From Azolla caroliniana (lineage: Eukaryota > Plantae > Polypodiophyta), in contig JBHGNT010000017.1 of assembly GCA_043228905.1 (NCBI GenBank), positions 16,678,001-16,742,000 of the forward strand: DNA of 64,000 nt. The letters are read 5' to 3'. Shown one piece after another: positions 48,891-62,100 of the stretch; the stretch's first letter is position 1; every line of letters starts with the position of its first letter. Position numbers and translations under genes: made by a program. The notes below the pieces were generated by a model that was not told the origin of the DNA, did not search any database, and saw nothing but the letters and a program-made list of their open reading frames with translations.

Positions 48891-51800
48891 TTAACAATAG
48901 ACTCCAGTACAAGAAAGCTCATCATCTAACATCCAAAATCCAAACAATTTCAATAGATTCGTACATATATCACTGTCTTGGATACCAGTGAGCAATGTAA
49001 CTCTTGATTGAGCACCATCCGTATGGTTCGTATTATACATCAAGATGTCCATTGTGAGTGTCACAGGCAGTGGTTTGAAGATTATGGCATCCTTTGACAA
49101 AATCTGTTCCACAGAAGCAGTTGGAATATGCAGACCATCAATATATAGATTTCTCCAAACAGATAGAGTCTCCTTTGAGGTCCTAATATAGAAGAGCTCT
49201 GTGGAAATTCCTTTTCTATCAGCAAATCCTAGCATATCAGCATCACTAACACTTATTCCAGACAGTGGATTAGTCATCCAGAGTGTGTCGACACTCGTAA
49301 CCCAAACATTATAGCCAACCTGTAAAACCCATGTAATTGCTTGGGCAATAATAAGGTTTCTTTTGGTAGCTATATCATAGTTATGAAATCCATGCTTAGC
49401 CAGATCAATGTGCATCACAACATGACCTCTGAGCATGAACTCTTTCTCAAGAACTGGATTCTCCAAAAGAATTACATAGTTCTTAATACTAAATTTACTG
49501 AATTGGCACAACCAATTTCTAATCACCACCTCGGGATAACCAATGGCATTCACAAGGATGATTGTACCATTGATATGAAGAGATGGAACAACCTTGTACA
49601 TGTCATGAATGTTCTTTACTAACCTCCACTGTATCACTTCCTGGAAGCAGTAATTGTATCGTTTTAAATGCTTTGTTGGCTTCATTTCCCATGACTTCAC
49701 CGTGAATGAGCTCTCGCTTTCAATCAAATCTGAATCTGGACCAGCTTCTCTTTTGGTATTCACACCTATATCTCTGTGTGAAACACTCAGAGCCTGTGCA
49801 TTTATAAAATGAGTATAAAGGTTGAAGTAACCCTTGCTGTGCACAAATTTGATAAACCAAGGTGTCCAGATCCTTTCCTTTGACCGTCGATACCATCCTG
49901 TTGTTACCATACCCTCCAGAAAAGGCTTCAAATTCTTACTTTTATGTGTATCATACCATATGCGAAACTCTTTCCATGGACTTGGAAACAGAAGCTGTCC
50001 CCATGTTCCAACCAACTGGTACAAAAATAGATTGGTGCTATTGTCCACTTGTAATGGGTTTCCATGTTTGCCTACAAATGCAAAAATGCAAGATTATTAA
50101 CTCTTGTTCAAAAGAATTGTCCCTAGAATCAGTTTATTGGGAGAGTTGGTTATTTGGCATGATCCAATAATACCACCATGTAATAATGTGCTATGCAATA
50201 TACATGTGTATGCATGATGGGTTGCCATGTTTTCCTACATATACAGAAATTCCAGATTGTGAACACTTGTTCAAAAGCATTGTCCTTAACATCAGTTTGT
50301 TAGCAAGGTTATTCTGCATGATCCAACAATATCGTGATGTAATAATTTGCTACGCAATATGCATACAGGTCCATGCATAGTATCATCAATGTTATAACTT
50401 TAATTGATGAAAACAAGATATTACTGTTTATAACCTTCAATAGTTCCAAAAATCTTATGGTGTGCTTGCATAATTCAATTCTGACACACATTAGGTTGTT
50501 GCTTGATCCTCAACTTATATCATACTAGTTGCTTGTTTTCAGGCTACTTTACCCATACTGTATTTTCTCAAACAATTTATCTCAGCCCTGGGATTTTACT
50601 ACGGGTGAATTTCCAAAAGCTCTAGATCTTAAAGGTATGTTTCTGAAATTCAATAATCTTGTGTTTTAGATATCATCTATGGGAACCTTCAGCTATATCA
50701 CAAAGATGTGTGAAATATGCCACCGTCTGGGTGTACCTATCCAGATAACGATGAAACCCATATTGAAATGAAGGAACAAAAAAAATTAAACGCTGGAAGA
50801 ACCTGAAATACATCCAGAGATTCCTACAAGTCTAAAGTATGAATCGGCAAATGCATGTGGCTTTTTGTACTATAAAAATTTTACATTTTCCCCTAGAAGA
50901 TTATTACGCTTGCCATGATAAAGTTTTGATATTGAACATCTATTTTGAAAACTTTTGTCTCCATCTGTGTGCTTCAACATATTTTATAAAAAATGTTCTG
51001 TGCACTCATAAGTTTCAACAGTTAGAGAAATCAAGTTCACTCCCAATATGTCCTTCCTTTCTTATACATCATCTAAGATTAAAAAGTATGAGAGTGAAAT
51101 CAAACTTATTCTTTCTGGAATAGTAAACTGAGATGAAAATGGAGAATACCCAAAGTTTTGTAACTCCTCATTTCTCTCTCTTAATACTTGCTTTCTCTTC
51201 ACTGTGTTTGTCCCCACATAAGCATTGAGAAATTAATTAGTTATCTAAACAGAGCAACATTGATCTTTGTATAAATTTACAGGAAAAGTCATGATTAGAA
51301 TATTGCGGCCAACATGGTACATTCTAAGGCTTAGACAGGGTTGTGGCATATTCCATTGCATGATCTCATGGGAACAAACAGTGACATGACCACATAATAG
51401 TAGGTAGACCATTGTTTTTCCAACTAGTGCCAAGCTGCAAAATCTAATGTGCCATCCACTTTCAAGGTGCTCAAAATCGGAAGGATGTCATATTTGTATT
51501 AACTCACAGATATCTTTAACATATATTGATGGTGTGGTTCATCACAAGGTATTAATTTTGTTTTCTTTTATTACACTGTTTTGTTTTGAGGGAGCTACAG
51601 ATGGCCAACAGGCCGGGGGATCCACATGCAGTCATAGTTAGAAATGGATTCTGATGTCCATGGAGGTGTATATGTTTGCCTTATAAAAGTCCTTTTAAAT
51701 GAGGTCCTATAAAAGTGTGGACAAATGAGATTCTAAGATATTTATTTTGATCATGTACCGCTTGACAGTGGAGGGAAAACTTGCCTTATGCAAGCCATCC

Positions 51801-54800
51801 TATCTTTTGACTCAAACTTGACATTCAGTTTTAGGAAGGAAAAAGAGTCATGTTAAAAGACTAAAAATCTGCTGGAATCATAGCTGATTTATTCTCTTTG
51901 CTAGTGTGCTTAGCAGAGAATACTTCAAAAGCTCTATATATGCTATTCAATGCTGAACTTGTCTTCTACTAGTTATCAATAAAATAGAAATGCCAAAAGG
52001 AGCACCAATCCTCAGAGCCAAAAGTATGTTAAATTTTTTGTTCAAGAGAAATCTAGCTTCTTGGATGTAAAATTAAGTTAATAGTAAGTAAGAATCTTAG
52101 TTAGATCTTTTTTCATTTATATAAAACCTCTCCAATGGTGAAATTAAGAAGTCTTGGTGGTTTGGTTGGAAAATTTACAGCCCTTCGAAAGTTCCGCAGC
52201 CTAGTTTCAATATAGACAGAACAAAGTGTACTCAAACATTCAGCAAAGTAGTTTGTTAAAGATTCCATGCTATTATGCACACATAATGTAGGTGAGGGTA
52301 AGTCATTAATATTTACAAAACATAAGTGAAGGGTATGGTATGTTCACGAATGTTAGAAAGGAACTAATGTGATTGGATAGAGGGAATAATAGGTGCACAC
52401 ATTATCATGATCTTGACAACCAATGAATGGAGAGTCTTTTAGAAAAGGACATCTATTCAAGGGGCCTAGGAAGAAGTATGAATATGAGTCCTAGCTACCC
52501 TCATAAAACGCATTACTTCGGAAGGCTAAAGTCTTGAGACACCAGCAATGCGGGCTAGGCTTTCATCATGACGATCGTGTTACCTATTCCAAGGCACTAG
52601 TCATCCTAATATCCGTCAATGGTGTTGTGGATTGATGTCCCTCCTTATGGGAGAAGAGCCGGCTGTCCGGCTAAGGGCCGGCTGAGTGCCGATAGCCGGC
52701 TAGGGGCCATGCTGAGTGCCAGGTTATGGCTAAGAGCTGTTACAATCGACTCAGGGTCAAAGATGTCAATTATACATCTTACACATAGCTGTGTGTGTGT
52801 ATGCATATGCCCTAGGGGATATATGTGAGTCAGAACAGTGAAGTGAACTGAGAACCAAAGAGAAGGGAGCACAAACGGTGTTGTGCAGGTCGAGCTCGTC
52901 TGTTTGCCAACCCTCAAATCCGATCCCACCAGATCGACAGCTCAGCATAGATCAGGTTTAGCCGCACCTTGCTCTTTGTGTTTCACTGAGTATTTCCATC
53001 CATTGTACGTAAGACAAAGAAAGGTTTTTCCGTCAAGGTTGGCCTTGACAGATCTGTTTTTCCCTTAGCAAACTAGGGAAGCTGAAACTGTTGTATACAC
53101 TCATATTGTGAAATTGTTCTGGGGCCAGTGGACTCCCATAGTTTTTCCCAATTAGGGTTTTCCACGTTAAAACTCTGTTTCCTTGTACTTTCTGTTTTGT
53201 TGTTTTTCCTTCCTGCTTGTTTGTCAGCTGAGTATATCCCTGAGTAGTAGAGGTAGACCTGACAATCGGCTGAGTCCGAACCCATATTGCACATCAGATG
53301 GTAGGTTTGCTATCTCTTGATCATAGCTCAGTGGTGGTTAGGAGGATCGGGTTCTTCTATCCAATCTATTCACCTATTTTTACTTTTATTTGGTCTATTA
53401 ATTAGTAATAGACTCTTAACACATGTATTGCAAAGTTGGATCCAAAACAATTTACTTCAAGATCCATTTTGGGATTGGAACATAAGATTTGAAGAATAAA
53501 GATGTAGATGATCCTCAATAAAGATTGCACCCTAGAGAAAGGTAGGTTCTATTTCACTCAATTTTAAGGATCAGTATACTAGTACTACTTGAGTGCTAAA
53601 ACTTTTGATGCCTACCATGTGTGGAAATCTGCCATTTCTCAGTTACCCATCTTCCAACATGAAGATTTTTAATATGATTGTCAGAAGAAAATTAGAATTG
53701 TCCCTTAAGTTAAAACTAACAACGTTATTGACCATGATGGAGACACTTGAGTATTGCAACTTCATGATCCAAACTGTAACTATGGATGCCACATAAGTGC
53801 TTGATGTGCGTCCAGGTGGATGCATTGCACTCACAAATTCATTAATCTTTTTTCTTACTATTGTTGCAGATCCAATGGAACATAGCAAAAGTTCTTGAGA
53901 CTAGATGCAGGACACTTGCAGAATAATCAGCTATCAATGTGCTGATGCAGGGGCCCAGAACATCATTGATACATCCACAGAGAACAATATGATTGATGTT
54001 TGTTGGATCTTCAAGGGATAAAAAAGCATTAACTAGAGGACGCTTGAGTTCACCCTCACATCAATTGACTCTAGACCATTAGGAACCATTGTTGTTCTCA
54101 CCATGTGGGTATGAAATTGCATTCTTGAAAAAAGGGGGAAGGGGGCATCAAGCACAAAATGTACATGAAGCAAACACCCATTGTTACAAACAGTTTCTCA
54201 AGTTTCTTGGCATTGTACACATCATAGTACATAAAATTCGTGTTCGTCTAGCATAACATTCGTTTTCCTATGTTGGAAAACGAATACGAATGTTATTCAA
54301 ACATTCTTGTGTTTTTTTCCTGTTTTTTTTTTTTTTTCATTTTTAGGCTTATTTACCTCATAATAAATAGTTAATCCAAAAGTATGGTATTTATCATTCT
54401 TTGAGGGTGTTTTTCTTTCACGAATGTTTCAATCATTCGAGAATGCGAATGCACGTATGGTTCATACTATGGTACACATGTCAAAAGCTAGGGTGTTGTC
54501 GAATACAGGTCTCTAATGGACGTATTCACCTTGTCCCATTGGACACACTGGGTTTAGGCCATTTCTGTAAATAGTGGAAAGGGCAGTTGCAGTAAGTTAG
54601 TTAGTATTTAAACTAACTCTTGTAACCTAGTGTTAGAGGAGGTTTTTCATCTTGTACATTGTGCTATTGTAACTTTCTGAGAGAATAATACAAGTTACAT
54701 ACCCTTATGCCTATTCTGTTGTCTCCTTCGACTCGATTCCATTGTTGATCTTGTCTTATGTTTCAATTGCCTATTGATATATCAATCTGTTTCTCTATAC

Positions 54801-56325
54801 ATGCTTAAGATCTTCCACTAGAAGAGTGCTGAGATTGTTCCGCATCAAGACAGCCGGTTCCACCAGGTGCATCGCTCAAGATCTTTCACATGTAAAGTAA
54901 TATAGAAACAGCAATGCGAAGAATCATTTCATATGGCAAATGAACCTCATAATCTGCATCTGATGGTGTCGTGTGCACAAATCATCTGCTTTATAACATC
55001 CAATGTTCAGGAAAATATGCTCTCATTCACTAAAATGCAGCTTCGCTTTTTTATTTTGCCAATCGGAAATATTTATAAAGGTTGAAGAAGTTTGACATAT
55101 GTATCCATCTGATTTCTTGTGAATTGCTCTAGTTTGTGGTATTTTCTAATGATTTCTAGTCCATGATGCATGAACTGGAAAACCAGGGTGACTAGTAAAG
55201 AAAGCCTTCCTGACCACTGCTTAGCATGTCCCAATTGAGGTCTTATAAGCACAATGCCTCATAGATTTTCAGATGTGAGCAAATCTGACAGAAATATACA
55301 GATTTTCTAATAAATGCCTGCGAATTGGTGGCCTTTCAGGCAATTTACTATTGTCTCATTGAAGATTAGGAGATTCAACTAACTACTGATATTTTCTATG
55401 ACAATCCTACAGAAATTTACAAACATCTGCTAAATTCCTATAAATTTGTGATATTTCCTACTACTCCGTGCATGAAAATAGGAAAATTTACCTGGCAGTA
55501 AAGAAACTTGAAATCTCCTGTAAAACTACTTACCAGGCACAAAGAAAAACGAGATCTCCAATAAAACTACTTACCAGGCACAAATCGAGGCCGTTGCAGA
55601 GAGATGCCATAGATGGTGGGATCATAGTTGGATGGATCAAAATAATAAGTGTGAATGATTTTTCGGAGGTACTTGAAATAGAGAGGAGACAAGATCATGT
55701 CATCTTCTACCACAAAAGCAAACTCATGATCAGATGCTGGCCACCATGCTTCTAACCACTGACCCTGAAGACCTACATTCTGTGATCTATAGTGTATTTG
55801 CTTAGGTCCATACGGCCAGATGAATCTATCAACATACTGAAGAATTTCATGAGCTTCTTTGAGCTTTGCATTGATGAAAGAAGCAGATGAGGATGAAGAG
55901 GGAGGAAATTCTTTCAGCTTGCCGTCGATTGTAGATGATGATGATGATGATGATGAAAAGTCTTCTTTCTGCTTTCCATGGAGAAAAGAAGCTTCATCTG
56001 AGAGGGGGAAATGATCGATGAAGACATGGAGAGTAACGTTATGACCAGCATAATCCGCAGAAAGGAGAGAATCAAGACATCTTCCAAGGGACAAGATCCT
56101 GTCGAAGGTGAGCAGCTTGATAACGAAGCTGAAATGGCTACGGAGATCAGAGGAGCTCTGATCATCGAAGATGGCGATGGGATGAGCCGGAGGAGAGCTC
56201 TGGTGATGATCAAGGTGAAGGAAGTGGATGGAAGAGTAGAGAATAAGCAACGCAGCAAAGCAGAGAAGAAGGTGGAGTCTGTGAGAAGCAGAGATCCTAG
56301 TGTGCAGGAACACAGGCATCACCAT
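48891..56325 (-). CDS. Type II membrane glycosyltransferase: GT2-like domain plus C-terminal nucleotide-diphospho-sugar transferase domain, 2 exons
   Basis: Exon 1 56325-55575 (TM; KLLTFDR..SL.RCL, NVGLQGQWLEAWWP, FAFVVEDD, ISLQRPRFVPG) splices over a 5.5-kb GT-AG intron to exon 2 50071-48891 (FLYQLVGTWGQ, RIWTPWFIKF, GYNVWVTSVD..W..NP). Confidence 0.88.
52341..53296 (+). mobile_element. Probable LTR fragment in the glycosyltransferase intron
   Basis: GC-richer block starting TG and ending CATCA followed by GA-TGGTA (PBS-like start); no coding remnants; boundaries uncertain. Confidence 0.45.
54223..54471. mobile_element. hAT-type MITE, family C
   Basis: CATAGTA...TACTATG termini, perfect 8-bp TSD GTACACAT, homologous to 24034-24276. 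Confidence 0.88.
54494..54847 (+). mobile_element. Possible short solo LTR
   Basis: Imperfect inverted termini TGTTGTCGAA...TTCCGCATCA and LTR-like composition; no TSD found. Confidence 0.4.
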
Positions 56326-56369
56326 GGAATCTCTCTCTTCCTCCTTCCCTCTCTCTGCCTCTGTGTGTC

Positions 56370-57157
56370 TCCTCCTCCTGATCCTCTGTTTTTATACAAA
56401 TCTCCTTCTTCTTCTTCCTCCTCCTCCTCCTCCTCTGTTTTTATACAAATCTTCCTACTCCTCTGTTTTTACACAAATTTCCTTAAATCTTCTTCTTCCT
56501 GATCCTCCTCTGTTTTAAAACAAATTTCCTTAATCTTCTTCTTCCTGATCCTCCTCTGTTTAACACAAATTTCCTTAATCTTCTTCTTCCTCCTCCTCTG
56601 TTTTTACACAAATTTCCTTAAATCTTCTTCTTCCTCTGTTTTAACACAAATTTCCTTAATCTTCTTCTTCCTCCTCCTCTGTTTTTACACAAATTTCCTT
56701 AAATCTTCTTCTTCCTCTGTTTTAACACAAATTTCCTTAATCTTCTTCTTCCTCCTCCTCTGTTTTAACACAGATTTCCTTAAATCTTCTTCTTCCTGCT
56801 CCTCTGTTTTAACACAAATTTCCTTAATCTTCTTCTTCCTCCTCCTCTGTTTTAACACAGATTTCCTTAAATCTTCTTCTTCCTGCTCCTCTGTTTTAAC
56901 ACAAATTTCCTTAATCTTCTTCTTCCTCCTCCTCTGTTTTTACACAAATTTCCTTAAATCTTTTTCTTCCTCTGTTTTAACACAAATTTCCTTAATCTTC
57001 TTCTTCCTCCTCCTCCTCCTCCTCCTCTGTTTTAACACAGATTTCCTTAAATCTTCTTCTTCCTGCTCCTCTGTTTTAACACAAATTTCCTTAAATCTTC
57101 TTCTTCCTGCTCCTCTGTTTTAACACAAATTTCCTTAAATCTTCTTCTTCCTCCTCC
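56370..57157. repeat. ~36-47-bp minisatellite, about 19-20 copies, directly upstream of the glycosyltransferase ATG
   Basis: Unit CTCTGTTTTAACACAAATTTCCTTAATCTTCTTCTTCCTCCT with variant tails. Confidence 0.95.
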
Positions 57158-57262
57158 TGCACAGTCCTGATCCTTTGGTTTTATACAAAATTGAACCCCG
57201 GGATTTTATCATATTTTTTGTCCACTTCGTGGGTCTTCATTCTCGCCATGTCCGAGGAGGCA

Positions 57263-57470
57263 TTGCCTCTCGATTCGTTACATATATTGCCACTCGATTC
57301 GTTACATATTGCCGCTCGATTCGTTACATATAATTGCCGCTCGATTCGTTACATATATTGCCACTCGATTCATTACATATTGGCGCTCAATTCGTTACAT
57401 ATATGCCCCTTTATTTGCTACATATATTGCCACTCGATTCATAACATATTGTCGTACAATCCGTTACATT
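57263..57470. repeat. ~22-24-bp tandem repeat, about 9 copies
   Basis: Unit TTGCC(A/G)CTCGATTCGTTACATATA. Confidence 0.9.
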
Positions 57471-58099
57471 GTGACACCCCCTCTAACGTGTACACACACT
57501 CCTCTCTTGATCAAGGACACAATTACCCCGTCTGCATCAGGAGGCTTTGAGAAGGTACATAACACGTTTCCCTTATACGTACGAGGTAGCAATATATAAG
57601 GCCATGGAAGCACATCACCTACAATCCAAGCTTGGGATACTTGCTATGAAACGCAAAAAAAGCACTAACAAAACTGAAGCCAAAATTCGCTCTCCTAGAG
57701 ATGAGCAACACAATACCCCCGAAATGGTTACTAGATGAAATGTGGCTGGCAACTAGACTTCAATTACACATTAATGAATGATATGGTCATGACAAACACT
57801 AACATGCCTTGTTGATACTAATCACAACCAAATGGAATGAGGATGCCAAGGATAGTGAATTGTGTTGCTTACATTCACAAGAAACCAATATTCTTGGACA
57901 TGCAAGGAAGGTGGTAGGATGCATCCAAAATTATCTTCCCACCCTCAATTATTATCAACAATAGTATGAAGTTGTGGAAAAGCATAGGGTAAGTCATGAA
58001 ACCTATATATAAGTAAGTTGTCGAATGGTATTGTCCTTTCCGTGGCCATAAATAGCGTGGTGCTTCAAGAAGACCATTGAACAAGAACCCATCTTTCTT

Positions 58100-58479
58100 T
58101 TATCATAATTATCTTACCCTTGTAGTAAGTTGGTAGACTACGAGCACTACATAGTGGGTTTGAAACCCAATCTTCTCACCTCTCTATTACTCCATACACA
58201 TCTCTTAATTTACTAGATGCCATAGTGGAATGTAGGGGTTGAACCCAACGGGCAACCTTACCAATTGAGCTACATCCATTTAGACATCTTTTTATTATTA
58301 TCGTAATTAGATTACCCTAGTGGTAATACAACCACTACGTCTTGGGTTCCAAAACCCAATTTTCTCACCACCCTATTATATACTTCATACATATCACTAG
58401 ATACCATTGTGGAATGTAGGGGTTGAACCCATGACCACTTGGTCTCCAACGGGCAACCTAACCAACTAAGCTACATCCA
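58100..58479 (-). mobile_element. Two tandem tRNA-derived SINE copies
   Basis: Reverse complement reads GGATGTAGCTTAGTTGG (A box)...GGGTTCAACCCCTACATTCCAC (B box) in both ~190-nt copies; same head as at 12017. Confidence 0.75.
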
Positions 58480-59142
58480 TATGGGCTCTCTCTCATTAAT
58501 CATGATTTAACTACCTCACTAAGCATTTCCAAATAGCATAAATAATGTGGTATTAAATGAATTGACAAATACTATCTTCCAATTGAATCGTACAAAAAAG
58601 CATGCCAATCCTCGTGCTTTTGCAGGTTAAGCTTAAATTGAGGCCTCTATGTCATCTCAACATGTGTCACATTGAGTGTACGTCTTCATTTTGGTTGAAG
58701 TTCTCTCTCCTTATCGAAATCATACATTGAAACTAGATTGTTGTATACAATTTTGATGGTGAAATGGGCATGAGTGGTTGTCACGCACTCATGATCCACT
58801 AATACTTGTAGCACTGGTAGCTCTTATATTGACTGTCGAGCTTTGAAGATACAATCACAAGAAAACACGATTTACATTATTACTCTATAAATAACAAATT
58901 CACTTGTCATTCAAAATACATGTGAAAAAAGTTATGACCTTAATATCATCTATGTGAAAGCTTCAAAAGTCCACAGTAAGGATGATCATTGTGACCTCTA
59001 TACTACATATCAATTTTTTCTAAAATTACATTATAGCTAATGCTAAATTTGGCATGATAAGATGGATCATGTACATGGCACATAGAAACATAAACGATGA
59101 ATTGTCAATAGCCCATTTGTAGGCAAACCATCGAGAATATTG

Positions 59143-62100
59143 TCAATGGGCCAGAGTGGCTTCACTAGATGGCTTTTGTACAGCTTTATAGCACTGGAGA
59201 CTACAAAGAGGAATGAGAGTCTTGGAATCCCTGTACTTGTACGTATTGGTACAAGCAGGGCCCGCACATCGATCCCTTTCTCGAGGATAGCTGCAAAAAA
59301 GAAACCCTTAAATAGTGAATTAAATATATCCATCATATGAAGACAAAGTTCTCTTTCGAGAGAGAAATCTGGATTGAATGAGATACACGGATAGATTATT
59401 GATGCCCAGGGAAGACTAAATACAATCTATGGACCAGGGCCAAATAGATGGCAATGATCAAACTTGGGTTCTCTATATTTTTAAAATTTCGACCCTAGTA
59501 CTAACGCATAAAGCACCAAGCCAACCAACATCCACACAGAGAGAAAGAGGCTATCTTACCTTATGGGACCAGAAAAAATTGCAGGTAGCTCGAGATCTTG
59601 CGAAAAGGAAACAATTGTGCCACTGGTTCCCATCACCCACCTGATGCTGTTTGTGGCAGGTGCCATTTCTGCAGCTTTCTTTTCCTGTCAGAAAGAAGGC
59701 ACAGTTACTTACATAAGTACACTTTGCCTAGAAAATAGTTTTTGCCTATAACATTCAAAAATGTTTGGGTCAGGCTCATTTGCCTTGGATGCCATAGATA
59801 AGAATATTAGCTTATGTTATGCACTATGTCTGGAAAGTGCAATCATAATAACTTCAGTACCATGTCTAGACACTGAATTTTCATTCCATAATTATGAGAA
59901 ACATTCTTGTCAAGCTCAGTCGCATTGTGCACAGTAGGCAGGATAATGATCTATATAAATACTATGTCTAGAAATTGTAAACATAATAACTTGTAATTAC
60001 TATGTCTACAATTGAAAGCATAATAATTTGTAGGTATTAGGTTAGAAATCAATTTTGTAACCAGAAGATGATCAAATTCCCAGGTGGGCCAGCATTACAT
60101 TGAAACAAGTCCCAGTTGGACTGAAACGTGAAAAATGTTTCTTGCTTGGAAACACTGGAACACAAGTTAACCTTTTTATTTCAAGGGTTGACTTCTGGAT
60201 GAAGAGAACATTTATACAAATCTTAATTGTTTGTCATGGCCACATTAAGAGTTAAAAAAGGTTTTACATACCTGTTCCATCTCTTCTCTTTGCTTCTGAA
60301 GCTTGCCTTCACGCTTCTTACGCTGAGAGTCTTGGCTCAGAACTTTCTGCATGGCAGAAGCCTGGTGGAGAAAAACGAAATGTTCAATCAATAAAGTCAT
60401 GCATACATCATTATTTATTTATTTTCTTTTAGGAAAAAGTTGAAATACCCCTGTATTCTTCTTTATTTCCCCAAATGCTCTAGGGCAACCCCCCTCTCGA
60501 GCAATTATATGTTCTATTTGAGCAATTATATGGTCAATTCATACACTTTACCGAATAATCCCCATTTTTCAACTTTTAAGCAGTGATAGTTTGACAATGA
60601 AACTTTGAACGCATCTGGGTAGATAAATAAAACCTTGGGGTGTTTCAGAGTTTTTCATTTCTTTTTAATGTTTTTTTTGTAAGAGCTAAATACTACCTGT
60701 TGTTCTTTAGCAGCCTTTTCTACTTGTTGCTTCCTTTTAAGAGCAGCTTCTTCCTTTTTCAGCTGTCGTTCTGCAGCCGTAAGGCTATCCTTCACCTCTG
60801 TCAAAGAGAAACGAAAAAACAAAAATAAATTCTTCTGCATTGTTCTTTTTACTCTCAAAAAGCACAAAGGTTATCTCTAGCTTTCACGGAGAAGAAAAAC
60901 TGACACTTACTTTTAGGAGCCGCCAATGTCAATCCTTCTGGAAACTCTACTAAACTCGCTCCGATCTCAATCACTCCTTCTTTACTCGATTGCAACGCCC
61001 TCTGCCTTGCTGTCAGTGGAATCCCAGTGGTTCTCATTTCAGGAGAATCTCCACCTTTAAAGGAATCTGATCCTCCAATGTATAGATCACCCTCTAAGCT
61101 CTTCCTTCTCCTCTTCGGCTTTGCTTTGCCTTCACCAGCCGTCTCAATCATCTCCTCCTCATCAACCATATCTTGATCCATGTCATCATCTTCTATATGA
61201 TAGAGATCCTCCTCTGAATCAACTTCAACCTTTTTCCTCCTTCGTTTTTTGGGTTCAACTTCTATATCATCATCACCATCAAAGACACGTTTCTTTGGTA
61301 CCCTTGCACTCTTTCGAACACCTGTTAGATTCTGATTCACACCAAAACTACTTCCTCCCGGAGCTCTTCGATAGCTTGGCTCATCTGCTAGATATGCCAG
61401 AAAACCATCCTCTTCAGAAGCATGCACATGCTTCTTTGGTTTCAGAGGCACATCAGGAATATCATCCTCTTCATCCGAACAATCCTGCAAAGGCAATACC
61501 ACATATCTAAGAAAAGGATCAACCAATGTTTCATGATAAAAAATTTAAAGACAATATCCAATTCTAGTTATCAACAAAACAGGTGGCAAGCACATTTCAT
61601 GATCAAAAGTAATTTGAATAAGCAGTTATTTACATAAAATATATGTGCATACAAATAAATAGGTTCAATTATCCAGTTATCGAAGAAAATTGGAAACTAT
61701 GTACACGATCCAAAGGATTTTGATTTTACCAATAACTGAAGAGAAGTTGCGACCACATAACATGACTAAAAGAGTTTGAGTTTCCACATTCCAGTTGACA
61801 CAATAGAAGTAGAGATCACATAGAAACTCCAGTTTTGGTATTTTCAACAAAAGGTTGTGAGAAAGGTGTTTGAAATTCAAGTTTGGAAGGAGAAATTAGC
61901 AATCAGAGTTGCATGATTAAAAGAACTTCAAATTTCCAGTTATCAAAGTAGAAAACAACCACAATGTTCCAGTTATGAAAGAAAAGTAGCAAAATTTACA
62001 TCATCAAAAGGTTTCATTTTCCAGCTATTGAAGACAAATAGTAATAGCAGTCTCTTGCTTAGAGAAAACAAAATGTTAAATCTGCAAACCTGGAGTATAA

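Noticed and set aside
53480-54110. Coding-like degenerate segment in the glycosyltransferase intron
   Set aside because: Many stops and no motif I can assign; needs a translated search.
6036-56325. Cell-wall glycosyltransferase gene cluster (GT34 plus GT2-like)
   Set aside because: The genes are more than 40 kb apart and separated by functionally unrelated genes.
56370-57470. CRISPR-like appearance of short repeated units
   Set aside because: Units are contiguous with no unique spacers, there are no cas genes, and the context is eukaryotic.
58405-58479. Functional tRNA gene
   Set aside because: A and B boxes are present but there is no convincing anticodon arm; a shared downstream body among dispersed copies points to a SINE.
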